Part shown: in pieces, positions 50,943-64,000 of the stretch | Position numbering within the stretch: the first letter of the stretch is position 1 | Layout of the letters: each line of letters begins with the position of its first letter | Sequence record: MT446416.1 | DNA: 64,000 bases | Direction: 5' to 3' (one strand) | Made by a program: the position numbers and the translations under genes | The notes under the pieces: generated by a model | The model's input: only the letters and a program-made list of their open reading frames with translations | What the model was told of the DNA's origin: nothing | Database searches by the model: none

Positions 50943-51287
50943 TTACTCCTGATCTTTAGTTTTTGCTCGGCGTGGAGCTTTCTTCTCTTCAGATACTTCA
51001 ACTTCTGGTTCTTGTGGTTGAACTTCAAAGCTTTCATCATCCCATACTTCTTCAGTACTATATTCAGTACTGTGATGTTGGTGTTCAGGAATGAAATCAG
51101 GAATTTGCATTTCACGTTCTTTTTCTTGGATTAGTTCTTCACGGGTTTTAATGACCGTACCACCTGAACCAATCTTATCACCACGAGCATTTAGGTTTGC
51201 ATTACCTAGTGCTACTTGGTGCTGGTTTTGATACTTTAGCATATCCATATCAATGGTGGTTCCACGATAAGTTGTGTGTTTTGACAT
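50943..51287 (-). CDS. hypothetical protein
   Basis: ORF track; TYRGTTIDMDML..LGNANLNARGD; acidic tail. Confidence 0.7.
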   Translation of the reverse strand: MSKHTTYRGTTIDMDMLKYQNQHQVALGNANLNARGDKIGSGGTVIKTREELIQEKEREMQIPDFIPEHQHHSTEYSTEEVWDDESFEVQPQEPEVEVSEEKKAPRRAKTKDQE

Positions 51288-51350
51288 ATAAAAATCCTTT
51301 TTCTATGTGAGTGATATAATGCCTCAAACAACATTATATCACATGTTTTT

Positions 51351-51869
51351 CTACCATTTCAAAAATTCATTTACATCTAGTTTATACTTCAAAGAATCAA
51401 CCATATGCAAATCAATCAGGAACAAACAATACGAAGCCACTGAACTGCCACGTCCAAGACCCCAAAAAATATTGTGCTCTTCCATATAATCAACTAACCA
51501 GATCATACATCTTAAAAGCTTAGTCATGTTGTAATGTTCAAACAAATCAATCTCATACATTACACGTTCACGGGCTTCATCCGATGTACATTTCTGTAAA
51601 AAGTACTCACGCAAGTTGATATTATCGTACACTGGATCATAACGCCATAGCTCATGGTTTTTATCATGTTCTATTGTATAATCCAGCATACGCTGTTCTA
51701 AACCAAATTTTTTACAATTATCGTTAAATTTCAATCGTTCCGGTTCATCAATCTCCTGTAGCTGTAAGTACTGAATATCTGCACCACAGTTGATTGCATA
51801 CACGACTGCATTAAGGTTACATTTTACATCACCATTGGGACTTATAAATCTGTTTCCTTGTACTTTCAT
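51351..51869 (-). CDS. short DNA polymerase III alpha (DnaE)-like fragment
   Basis: RVMYEIDL..WLVDYMEEHNIFWGLGRGSSVASYCLFLIDLHMVDSLKYKL; stops before catalytic DxD. Confidence 0.8.
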   Translation of the reverse strand: MKVQGNRFISPNGDVKCNLNAVVYAINCGADIQYLQLQEIDEPERLKFNDNCKKFGLEQRMLDYTIEHDKNHELWRYDPVYDNINLREYFLQKCTSDEARERVMYEIDLFEHYNMTKLLRCMIWLVDYMEEHNIFWGLGRGSSVASYCLFLIDLHMVDSLKYKLDVNEFLKW

Positions 51870-52140
51870 TTTTCTTCTTCTGATCCTCTTCGTTATCAGT
51901 TAAGTAAGAGTTCATGTCAAATACACATGGGTCTTGCTCGTCATAGGAGGTTTTTTCTTTTTGTCCCTGACGAATCTCTAATTCAGCATAGCACTGATTC
52001 AGAACGGTTTGCATGTTACCAACAATCATATCACTCATACCTGCTGCACGAGCAGACGTAATACGCATCGATTGTTCGTTAATTTTCAATTGTAACTCTT
52101 TCTCGGTCATGGTTGATGGATCAAAAAATGGATTGAACAT
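51829..52140 (-). CDS. hypothetical protein
   Basis: ORF track. Confidence 0.7.
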   Translation of the reverse strand: MFNPFFDPSTMTEKELQLKINEQSMRITSARAAGMSDMIVGNMQTVLNQCYAELEIRQGQKEKTSYDEQDPCVFDMNSYLTDNEEDQKKKNESTRKQIYKSQW

Positions 52141-52141
52141 A

Positions 52142-54538
52142 TCATCCTCCTAAATTGCTGTTTTGTAATGAAATCAAAAATGTATCATGAACGTAGTTTT
52201 CGAATTCATGTGCAAAGAATCCAAATTCAACTCCTGTGATTTCAAACTCAACACCAACCATCTTACCATGTTCATTGTTCTGAAGTAAAGTGTTAAAGAA
52301 TGCTTCACCCTTCCCTGGTGCACAGTATGCAACTGGAATGATTGGCATGAATTTCTTTTCAACACCATTTTCTTCGTATGGGTGATTCATGAAGCGAGGA
52401 ACAGTGTCAAGCATCTCAACAGAAATTCCAGGTATAGCATCTACATACAAACCACGGTTTTGTAAATCAGTTGGGTCTTTCACAAGGTTAGTTGTGTCTT
52501 CGCCAATTGCTGCAAAAATATTTTGACGCAAGCCAAATATTTCACCGAGTGTCCCGTTATCAATTTGCGTGTAACTTCTTGGATTCTTAGAAACCGACAC
52601 CAATGAACCTGCGGGTAAAACTTCACGGTATAATATATCATACTGCAAGTTACCTTGGTTGTCAAGTGCTGACATTACTTTATAGTTGCCCATTACCATT
52701 CTAAATTTTCCATCAGGAATAGTTGCACCAGTTTGGTTTATGATATTTTCCCTAAGTACTTTTTTAATATCACTCAACGTAGTGTAAGTATAGTTCTGAC
52801 TCAAAAAGTTTTCTTTTAATAGAATACGTGGTACTTTTTGTAATCCGTATCTATCATCTGATTGTCGATGGAAAGCTTGTTTTGTAAATGATGGTGTACT
52901 AATACACTTAAACCATTCACGTTCAAAATAAACAGAAGGTACAATATGTGCACTTAAGTAGTTTTGACCAAAACCACGTACAATTTTCAGTTTAAATAAC
53001 TTGGACGCAACACCACCTTCAGTGTCATATGCTTTGATGTTGAATTCTAATTTTATATCATCATTTGCACTGAAATCTAAACTTTTTGCATATGCAGTTC
53101 CAACCAAGAACCCATCTGCTGTGAGGTCCAAACCATATTTGCGAATATCATCAGGTCCACCATCTAATACATAAGATACCTGATTAGTACTGGTAGTTTG
53201 TATTTGTGGATAAGTACTGTGACCGAAATATTCACCCACATGAATACTACCTAAATCACTATCAGTTGTGAAGTCTATTGAGTTTTCTTCTTCTGCGTTC
53301 ACTAGAACACGGAACATCTTCTCTACACCTATAATATTCTCACCTAAGCTTGAATCATAATATCCTAAATCAATCCAATCTGAACTTTTAAACACTGGCT
53401 TTGTTTCACCTAGATCATATTCACCAGCGATTACATATGGATATACAACGTTATCTTTCAACTGATACAAATGATTAGGTAAAGGTTTATCGCCATCAGC
53501 GTATATACCATCTACATTGTCTGGACATACCCACATTTGATATGCTTTAAAACGTTGGTTTATAGCGAAGCGATCAGTATCATAACTATATGTACTCAAA
53601 ATATCAACAATTTCAACTTTAAAATATGCATCACATGCATCAGAGTCATATAGGAATGTTTGCAGAAATTGTCCATTTGGGTTGAAAACCAATCCTGAAT
53701 CAAGTAACTCACCAGAGCTAGTTTGAATATTAACCTTAATTTCTTTATTAATACCAAATACAGGCCATATATTATCAATAGGACGTAGGATTGCATAATC
53801 ATCCGTGATGTGGCGAGTGGGGACTTCTGCTGGGGTCATATCTAGTAGACGATACGCAGGATAAAATACTCTAGGAGATAGATCAGTTGATGTATCAGTT
53901 CCTAAAATAAATGGGCGGCGACGTCCAAATCCCTGTACAAATAAAGTACTATTAGAACCATATTCAATATCACCAATACAATATAATTTATCATCATCAC
54001 CGATTTCGATTCCAGGAGTAACCCATACTTCCTGACTATCATATTCAATTGTTACTTCATCTGAACCAATTTCACCACTAGGAGAAATGTTACCATAGTA
54101 CATAACATTTACTGCTTGAAGATAGAAGTTAATCTGTTCAGAGTTGTTAAATGTACCATCATCTTTACAATACAATTTAATAAAATAAACATCTTCGGTA
54201 TTAGTGCTTGCCGATAGATCAAATTGAGTTTTATCAATTTTACATTTGTGCTTACCATTAATCAACTTGTTACCAGTAATACCTGATGATATAGGTATTA
54301 GATTAGATTCATCATTACCAACATACACTGCGTAGTGATCTTCTGGTTGAAATACTGCACCGGAACTGTCCAAACCCTGAATAGTTAGAATCATCTCTAA
54401 GTATTCGTTTTCATTAAGTATGTAACTATCATCCGTTGTGGTTTCTTTATTGATACTCAAACGCACAAGAATGTCTTGTCCTTCTTGTATATATCGAGCA
54501 TCGGCTTTTATATCCCATCTAGGGGTAAAAGTTGTCAT
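52142..54538 (-). CDS. large virion structural protein, possibly baseplate
   Basis: ~800 aa, acidic and beta-rich; TATAAATA at 54577-54584 and SD GGAG upstream of MTTF. Confidence 0.55.
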   Translation of the reverse strand: MTTFTPRWDIKADARYIQEGQDILVRLSINKETTTDDSYILNENEYLEMILTIQGLDSSGAVFQPEDHYAVYVGNDESNLIPISSGITGNKLINGKHKCKIDKTQFDLSASTNTEDVYFIKLYCKDDGTFNNSEQINFYLQAVNVMYYGNISPSGEIGSDEVTIEYDSQEVWVTPGIEIGDDDKLYCIGDIEYGSNSTLFVQGFGRRRPFILGTDTSTDLSPRVFYPAYRLLDMTPAEVPTRHITDDYAILRPIDNIWPVFGINKEIKVNIQTSSGELLDSGLVFNPNGQFLQTFLYDSDACDAYFKVEIVDILSTYSYDTDRFAINQRFKAYQMWVCPDNVDGIYADGDKPLPNHLYQLKDNVVYPYVIAGEYDLGETKPVFKSSDWIDLGYYDSSLGENIIGVEKMFRVLVNAEEENSIDFTTDSDLGSIHVGEYFGHSTYPQIQTTSTNQVSYVLDGGPDDIRKYGLDLTADGFLVGTAYAKSLDFSANDDIKLEFNIKAYDTEGGVASKLFKLKIVRGFGQNYLSAHIVPSVYFEREWFKCISTPSFTKQAFHRQSDDRYGLQKVPRILLKENFLSQNYTYTTLSDIKKVLRENIINQTGATIPDGKFRMVMGNYKVMSALDNQGNLQYDILYREVLPAGSLVSVSKNPRSYTQIDNGTLGEIFGLRQNIFAAIGEDTTNLVKDPTDLQNRGLYVDAIPGISVEMLDTVPRFMNHPYEENGVEKKFMPIIPVAYCAPGKGEAFFNTLLQNNEHGKMVGVEFEITGVEFGFFAHEFENYVHDTFLISLQNSNLGG

Positions 54539-54576
54539 TATAATTCTCCATAGCCAAGCTACCATTATCTATAGAT

Positions 54577-54584
54577 TATTTATA
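54577..54584 (-). promoter_or_regulatory. T4-late-type promoter
   Basis: TATAAATA about 40 nt upstream of a structural-looking gene. Confidence 0.55.
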
Positions 54585-54626
54585 TAAAGGACAAGGAAGA
54601 CCCATAAAGGTCTTCCCTGTTTATAA

Positions 54627-56039
54627 TCAATCTTCAGTTTTTGGCGTGAAGTCAATCTTACGTAGTTCTTTCAACTCATCTTTATAGATGTTCCAAATCA
54701 AATCATGATTCGACAGGAGATTGTTATATTCATCCATTAAATCCAAGTTATGTTGAATATCAGCTAGTACTGATTGATAATTGTCTTGTGTCCAACGATA
54801 TGATGGGAAGTTTACGATGCTTTGGATATTCTCATCGGTTGCTTCGATTTCAGTGTTTAATGATTTAACAAACTCAACCATTTCTGAACGGTTAGCAAAA
54901 CCCTTAACCTTAGCAATCATATCATTATCAAAACATTCTTTGATTAGAATCTTATAACGTACTTCAGCAGCACAATCATCAAGTTTCTTCTCATAGCGTT
55001 TCACATAGTATTTGAAACGGAATTCAACAAAGTCCTTAATCAAATCCATAGTGTTGTCGTAGACTTTAACCTTACCATTCTCACCTAGAACAGTTAGGAT
55101 TTGTGTCATTTTCTTATGAATACCAAAGTATTCAATTACGTCTTTCTCCACCCATTTAGCAGATGTTCCGCGTGGTAATTTGATTGTAATATCAATAACA
55201 TCAGTACTATCATTATCATAATCACGAATATCACCATCATCGGTCATCTTAATGAGTTTCTCGATGAATTTCTCAATACTGTAGTTGGGTGGTAGACCTG
55301 TTACTTTAACAGTACTTGCATCAATTACTTGTGCTTTACCATAGAACTCATATTTGTTTTCATCAAGCTTAGTTACAATATCACTTGCACCACATGAAAC
55401 ATAGTATGGAGTCATTTCTTTTAATGGTTTTTTATCAATAGCACGAATACAGTTATCAATAATATCTTCAATCTTATGTGGCAGAATTGTACTCTTATAA
55501 CCTACTGACATACTATCATTACCAAACAAAGATAGTGGGATGATAGGTAAAAAGAAACTTGGTTCCATTGTAGTACCATCATAGTTCTCTTTCATTGGAA
55601 TAATGTCAGCGTCACGTAGTACTAACATTTCAGTACTTTTATTCTTTTTGACATAAGTATAACGAGCAGAAGCTGGAGTACTGTTTACTTGTGTACCAAA
55701 ACCACCACGTTTACCAATGAGTGGGTAGTTGTTTACCACTGGTGATGCTAGGTTCTGGAGAGTACCAGATGCAGATGTATCACCGTGTAGATAGATACCA
55801 TCACTAATCATTTTACCAGCACATGATACAGTTTTGATTTCACCATTAACTTTTGAGAGGGTGAAGATTGCTTTACGCTGTGAACTCTTAAGGCCATCAA
55901 TCCCAGGGATTGCACGGTCTAATGTGTACATTGAATATTCTAGTGATGTGGTATTCACATAATCAGAACTGTTATAATCTAGTAGAGTTAGTGTTTGGTT
56001 ATCGATGCTTTGATTTTCGGTTTTTTTACTTTTAGCCAT
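54627..56039 (-). CDS. type II DNA topoisomerase, breakage-reunion subunit (GyrA/T4 gp52-like)
   Basis: RAIPGIDGLKSSQRK, YLHGD, GGFG, catalytic SARYT, EPSFFLPIIP. Confidence 0.93.
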   Translation of the reverse strand: MAKSKKTENQSIDNQTLTLLDYNSSDYVNTTSLEYSMYTLDRAIPGIDGLKSSQRKAIFTLSKVNGEIKTVSCAGKMISDGIYLHGDTSASGTLQNLASPVVNNYPLIGKRGGFGTQVNSTPASARYTYVKKNKSTEMLVLRDADIIPMKENYDGTTMEPSFFLPIIPLSLFGNDSMSVGYKSTILPHKIEDIIDNCIRAIDKKPLKEMTPYYVSCGASDIVTKLDENKYEFYGKAQVIDASTVKVTGLPPNYSIEKFIEKLIKMTDDGDIRDYDNDSTDVIDITIKLPRGTSAKWVEKDVIEYFGIHKKMTQILTVLGENGKVKVYDNTMDLIKDFVEFRFKYYVKRYEKKLDDCAAEVRYKILIKECFDNDMIAKVKGFANRSEMVEFVKSLNTEIEATDENIQSIVNFPSYRWTQDNYQSVLADIQHNLDLMDEYNNLLSNHDLIWNIYKDELKELRKIDFTPKTED

Positions 56040-56089
56040 TCCATTGTCTCTTTGTAAAAGGGGAACACCATGTTCCCCATTAATCTATA

Positions 56090-58054
56090 TTATTCCATCC
56101 AGTTCTTACGATCATCAGCACGTTTCTTGTTGAAAATCAAATCAAGAGTTTCACCAAGGCGACCATCATCAGTAATCGCTACTGCAACACTGTTAGTGAA
56201 TGCATCACGGAAGTTTGCTTTTTCTAAAGTACCCAACCCTTTCGCACGGGTTGCTTTCCAACCTTTCCAATCATCTGGATTGTATTCATGCACGTCATGA
56301 CCATAATAGTATTTGGATTCTTTACCTTTCTCTAAAATGATGAATGGTGTTTTGAATACATATACAAATGGATTCTCAGGGTCTTGGAACAGTTCAGGCC
56401 AGAATTTGTATAGGAAGTTACACACTAGAGCACCAATGTTCTTTCCATCCTCATCTTCGTCTGCACAGATATAAAGCTTACCATAGTTAAGGTCTGCTCG
56501 TTCCGCTTTTACACCAGGAATCAGGTTGATACTTGCCATTATATCATGCAATGCCATTGAATCCATTAATTCTTTGGTTTTCTCATTACCACTGACGTTC
56601 ATAATCTTACCACGCAATGGTAGGATTCCATGAACTTTAGGGTCACGAGCACTTGCCATGTTTGAAATAGCAGAATCACCCTCAGCAATTAGTAGGATGC
56701 AGGTGGAACGATCTGTACCAGTACTGTCAAGTAGTTTTGCAACTTTACCTTTCAGTAGTTTCTTGGCTAGGCGACGATCTTCTTCTGCATCTTTCTTGTT
56801 GGTACGAGCAGCACAGCGTTCAAAAATCTCATCAATCCACTCTTTGTTCTTCTTGACTAATTCATCAAACCACTCGGAATTCATCGCTTGTTGAATTGGA
56901 CGAATAACGTTTTCGTTGGTTAGTTTTGATTTAATCTGTGAGTTGAATGATGGTGCTTTCATCGTTGTTACGTTATAAATCAACAGACCTTCTTCAATAT
57001 CAGAACGGTTAGGTTTCATCTTACGTTTCTTTGATTCTTTCTCTAGTGCAGTTCCTACTCCTAATGAGAAGAATTTCTTGAATGTATCAAGATGTGTACC
57101 ACCATCAAATGCTGGGGCATTGTTAACCAAACCATGCATATGGAAGTTATTGTTCATACCCGATACTGCATTAGGAACAATGTAGAAAGTACTGTTAAAG
57201 TTGAATGATTCATCTTTAACGTTCAATTGCATCAGTTTAGATGCGTTGAATAGTGCTTTTTCGGTAGTTCCTTTAATTGCAATACGCTTACCGTTAAGGA
57301 AAATCTTATAGGTAGGGTTAGCAGCAGACATTTCTTTCAAAATACTGTATAGCAATTCGGTTGGTAGTTTACGGTTCGGAAATACCTCTGAACTCAAAGT
57401 GAAGCGAATTGTTGTTCCAGTCTTATCTGCTTGAACCTTACGAATAGTTGGTTCATGTACATGAAGTTCAGGAAACATAATAGTTCCTTCTTCGAACTTC
57501 TGATTGAACTTATAAAAACCGTCATATCCGTCATTGCTACTTTGTGTTTTATACGGGCGACCTTGGCGATGGATTTCAAGTTCAGCTTTAGAACTTACAA
57601 TCATTGCAACTGAACCACCCAAACCATTCTGACCGATTGTTTCATCACGCTTCGAATCATCAAAGTTACGACCAGTTTTAGTTTCAGTCATTACCATTGT
57701 ACATAGGTTTTTCTGATACTCAGGAACATAGTCAATTGGAATACCACGACCATTATCACTGATCTCAAAGGATAACTCTTCTTCATTGAAATCAACTTTT
57801 AGTACTGGCTCTTTTGTACCAGCTTTTTTAAATTCATCTAAGCTGTTATCGATAATTTCACGAGTAGCAGTTAGAATTGCAGGAACCCACTCAACGTTTT
57901 TAACTTCATATCCAGACTCACCAAAGATCAGTACTTGACTTTCGTGAACAGAACGTGAACCCAGATACATCTCAGTACGCAAGCGAGCATGTTGATAATC
58001 GTTTAGACGTTGTACATCATGTTCCTGAAGAACAGCACTTTCTTTCTTAGCCAT
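56090..58054 (-). CDS. type II DNA topoisomerase, ATPase subunit (GyrB/T4 gp39+60-like)
   Basis: EIIDNS, DNGRGIP, GQNGLGG, EGDSA, PLRGK, DEDEDG, RAKGLG; uninterrupted single ORF. Confidence 0.95.
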   Translation of the reverse strand: MAKKESAVLQEHDVQRLNDYQHARLRTEMYLGSRSVHESQVLIFGESGYEVKNVEWVPAILTATREIIDNSLDEFKKAGTKEPVLKVDFNEEELSFEISDNGRGIPIDYVPEYQKNLCTMVMTETKTGRNFDDSKRDETIGQNGLGGSVAMIVSSKAELEIHRQGRPYKTQSSNDGYDGFYKFNQKFEEGTIMFPELHVHEPTIRKVQADKTGTTIRFTLSSEVFPNRKLPTELLYSILKEMSAANPTYKIFLNGKRIAIKGTTEKALFNASKLMQLNVKDESFNFNSTFYIVPNAVSGMNNNFHMHGLVNNAPAFDGGTHLDTFKKFFSLGVGTALEKESKKRKMKPNRSDIEEGLLIYNVTTMKAPSFNSQIKSKLTNENVIRPIQQAMNSEWFDELVKKNKEWIDEIFERCAARTNKKDAEEDRRLAKKLLKGKVAKLLDSTGTDRSTCILLIAEGDSAISNMASARDPKVHGILPLRGKIMNVSGNEKTKELMDSMALHDIMASINLIPGVKAERADLNYGKLYICADEDEDGKNIGALVCNFLYKFWPELFQDPENPFVYVFKTPFIILEKGKESKYYYGHDVHEYNPDDWKGWKATRAKGLGTLEKANFRDAFTNSVAVAITDDGRLGETLDLIFNKKRADDRKNWME

Positions 58055-58089
58055 TTGAATTCCTTTTTAATGTCTCTTTGTCATGTAAC

Positions 58090-58118
58090 ATTGTATCATC
58101 AATGCTTTGTTTGTCTCA
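58090..58118 (-). promoter_or_regulatory. variant promoter TGAGACA-N13-TGA-TACAAT
   Basis: Upstream of topoisomerase operon. Confidence 0.6.
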
Positions 58119-58153
58119 AAAAAATATCGGGACATTAAATGTCCCGACAATTA

Positions 58154-58947
58154 TTATTTTACCAGAAGTAATTGTAATTCAGCACTAGGACTAAATTCAT
58201 CATCACTCCAGTACTTGTGAACCTTCTCTGGACTAGCCTTAGCCAGTACTTCACCACCACCAACAATGTAGACTTGGTGTGAACCAATCAAACGGGTCCA
58301 GAATTTAATTGCATCATCAGTGTGAAGACTGTCGCTTAGTACTTTAATACCATGAGCAACCATATCCATAAAGATATTATAGATGATACCTTTAGTGCCA
58401 GTTTTGGAGGCCGTAGCAGCAATCTCAAACACTTGTGGTACACCTACTACCGCATCATTAGACAAATGTCCACTAACGATAGCAAGCTGTTTACCAGCCT
58501 TATCATAGGCAATAAACCCAGTACCATTCTTATTCATAAACACATCATAATCTTTGTGTTCTGCGAACTTGACCATGTTGTGCTTACCTGTCATCTCGGC
58601 AGTTTTGTCAACGAACTCGTCACGGTCTTGGCCTTGGAAACTATCGAAACGTTGTGGCATTTCTTCCAATTTCTCTTTATGTTCTTCTTCACATGAATCC
58701 ATTATATCACTAGTTCTGTCTTCTGTATCAGCTAATTCTGCATCTTGTACAATATCAACCAAACCACGCATACTAGATTCTTTTACCTTATTAGGGAGTT
58801 TTGAACCTTTCTTAAGATTTCCCTCTTTTTCGTCAGCGGCATTCCACTCTTTAGCTGCACTTTGTGAAATCCCTGCTTTTTTGGCGAATTCAGGATTATG
58901 GGCAGCCGCAGCGAAGAATTTCGCTTGGCTTTTACTTTTACTTGGCA

Positions 58948-58948
<1 letters not shown>
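58154..58948 (-). CDS. hypothetical protein with basic N-terminal MPSKSKSQAKFF module
   Basis: ORF track; SD GGGAG. Confidence 0.75.
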
Positions 58949-61093
<2,145 letters not shown>

Positions 61094-61130
61094 AGATATC
61101 TAATCTTGGAGTTTTTTAGGTTATATACTG

Positions 61131-62193
<1,063 letters not shown>

Positions 62194-62262
62194 GTAATAA
62201 AAGCTCCGATATGGTTTTAATGTTCAATTCGATAGTAATTATAGCTAAGAACTAATGTTCTG

Positions 62263-62457
62263 TCAAGCACTATCATTATGTTTTTTAATTGCTTCACAGA
62301 TTGCTTGAACTTGCACTAGATAAGTTTTAGCAAACTCTGCTTGAGTACGCACACGTGGATTTGGTGCGTCTTTGATCATAAGTTCTAAGTCATAAACTAC
62401 TTTATCGAAAACACCCTTGTCTTCAATAATACGATCATAAAAGGTTTTGTCAGTCAT
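62263..62457 (-). CDS. hypothetical protein
   Basis: ORF track; SD GGAG. Confidence 0.6.
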   Translation of the reverse strand: MTDKTFYDRIIEDKGVFDKVVYDLELMIKDAPNPRVRTQAEFAKTYLVQVQAICEAIKKHNDSA

Positions 62458-62480
62458 GTCAAGAACTCCATGTGGTTAAA

Positions 62481-63071
62481 TTATAATTTTACGTAAGAAA
62501 CTACAGCAGCATCAGTTACAGAAGGTACGTTTAAGTACACATTCTCGTACTCAATGAAATCAACAGTGGTAGTAGATAGTGCATCTTTAACACGTTGGAT
62601 TGTTTTCTGTACAGAAATTTCTTCATTCTCAATTGCGTTAGTACCATTACCTTTAAGTGATTCGTTTAACAATTCTTGAATAACTTCTGCTGCTTTAGCA
62701 GTTTTAAGATCAACAGTGGTTAGTGCAGCTTGTTCTTCAACACTTAGAGTGCTTAGGAATGGCTCGTAGCTGATATAACCCACATTGATGGTTGCACCAG
62801 TTGGAATAGTTGCTGCTGTGCCTGGGGTAGCAAATTCAACAGTACAATACACTGGGACAGAATAAGTTGATAGTAGACGTGTAACTTGTAGGTAACGTAG
62901 TAGTGCTACAGACTTGTCAATTGTTTGTTGGTCGGTTGGTGCAGTTGTTGGGGAAGATGAATCATAATCTTCATACATATAATAAGGAATATTATCTAGA
63001 TTTGTCCCTGCAACTTCAATTTTGAATACTTGTAGTAAATTGTTCATTGTATATTCTTCTCCATAATACAA
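62481..63071 (-). CDS. hypothetical (possibly virion) protein
   Basis: ORF track; AATAAATA upstream; SD GGAG before MNNLL. Confidence 0.65.
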   Translation of the reverse strand: MYYGEEYTMNNLLQVFKIEVAGTNLDNIPYYMYEDYDSSSPTTAPTDQQTIDKSVALLRYLQVTRLLSTYSVPVYCTVEFATPGTAATIPTGATINVGYISYEPFLSTLSVEEQAALTTVDLKTAKAAEVIQELLNESLKGNGTNAIENEEISVQKTIQRVKDALSTTTVDFIEYENVYLNVPSVTDAAVVSYVKL

Positions 63072-63130
63072 AACACTTTTGATTATTTATTGTTAAGAAT
63101 CAAAATTATTTGTGTATATCATATAGTCTA

Positions 63131-63997
63131 TTAGAATCGTGCATTCTGACGCAACATAACATTGTAACGCGGTCGTGTCATAGCAGTGTATAGGATTCTG
63201 CATTTTGTATCGTTAGTTCCGATACGCTCAATAAAATCAGTATCAAACCAGATGTTATCGAATGTACTTCCTTGTGATTTGTGAACAGTTGTTGCATAAG
63301 GATAGTTGATAATATGTAATTTGTTTTTAATCACATAGTAATCTTGCCACATATATGGTTTCTTTGTCAATGGATTGATTTCTTTTTTCTCAATATTTTT
63401 AACTAGTTCATCGAGTTTAGCTTCCATTGCAATTCTCGTTTCTGGTCCTACACCTAAGATGTAGCTACCATTTGGTAAACGGAATTGCCAACAATCAATA
63501 CCCATGAAACTTTCGGTTTTCACATCAGGACATTGGATGATTTGCTGAACCACATATGGACTGTTCTCAGTGATGCTTTCAAAGACAATCGGTTCACCTT
63601 TTGTGAATTCCTCTGGTACTTCAAACAATTGGCTACGAATGTAGATGTTAGCCAAGTTCACACGGTAGTTGGTGTATGCCAAGATTTTATTTTCATTAAC
63701 AAAATCAAATATCTTCTTAGCTGAACCTTTGTTCTCCATAATGAATTCACGGTAAACTTCCAAGAAAAGATCTTCATCTTCAATTGGTGTAATAGTACTC
63801 AGACCATGTGTCTGGTGCATAATATCAAACGGGTTCTTGGAAGTACCTATACACTCGCGGATTGCAGTTGCAATTGCAAGTATAGGGTTATCCAACGCTT
63901 GACGTAAAACTTCTGTTAATTCATATTGTACTGGAACATCAAAAGCAGGGGAAAGCTTAGTTTCTCCTATTGTGCCTTCTGATTCAACTGGAGGCAA
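63131..63997 (-). CDS. SF1B Dda/RecD-like DNA helicase, 5' part outside window
   Basis: LTEVLRQ..NPI, LAYTNYRVN, YATTVHKSQGSTFD, LYTAMTRP. Confidence 0.85.
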   Translation of the reverse strand: MPPVESEGTIGETKLSPAFDVPVQYELTEVLRQALDNPILAIATAIRECIGTSKNPFDIMHQTHGLSTITPIEDEDLFLEVYREFIMENKGSAKKIFDFVNENKILAYTNYRVNLANIYIRSQLFEVPEEFTKGEPIVFESITENSPYVVQQIIQCPDVKTESFMGIDCWQFRLPNGSYILGVGPETRIAMEAKLDELVKNIEKKEINPLTKKPYMWQDYYVIKNKLHIINYPYATTVHKSQGSTFDNIWFDTDFIERIGTNDTKCRILYTAMTRPRYNVMLRQNARF

Positions 63998-64000
63998 CTG

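Noticed and set aside
56090-58054. T4 gene 60-type ribosomal bypass or split topoisomerase
   Set aside because: The ATPase and TOPRIM domains are in one uninterrupted ORF.

Overview
AT-rich (roughly one-third GC by eye), densely coding segment of a large lytic dsDNA phage, with almost every gene on the minus strand. The gene content (sigma-70-family factor, RFC/gp44-type clamp loader, GroES, DnaE-like fragment, type II topoisomerase A and B, IF3, ClpS, TelA, NADAR, DexA-like exonuclease, Dda-like helicase, sigma-70-like and T4-late-like promoters) best fits the GAP32/RAK2/PBECO4-type jumbo myoviruses of enterobacteria. That assignment is an inference from gene content, not a database result. 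Positions 1-41 kb are a hypervariable accessory region; 43-64 kb holds replication, host-takeover and some structural genes. Main observations: (1) a complete 230-nt group I intron splits a tRNA(CAU) gene right after the anticodon, and a free-standing HNH gene lies 20 nt downstream; (2) tRNA or tRNA-like genes are repeatedly paired with HNH genes; (3) about 20 dispersed paralogues share a C-terminal (E/D)(E/D)xx(F/Y)(Q/M)x(S/T/N)x(V/I/L)x(D/E) motif; (4) the palindrome AGTACT is about 7-fold enriched; (5) a C5-methyltransferase carries an intein inserted at its catalytic Cys; (6) at least two long ORF-poor structured RNA candidates are present; (7) a non-canonical TG(G/A)GACA-N13-TGA-TA(T/C)AAT promoter occurs five times; (8) a family of unannotated MTH(E/K)EW microproteins is present. 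No CRISPR array, integrase or reverse transcriptase was seen. All protein calls rest on motifs read by eye.
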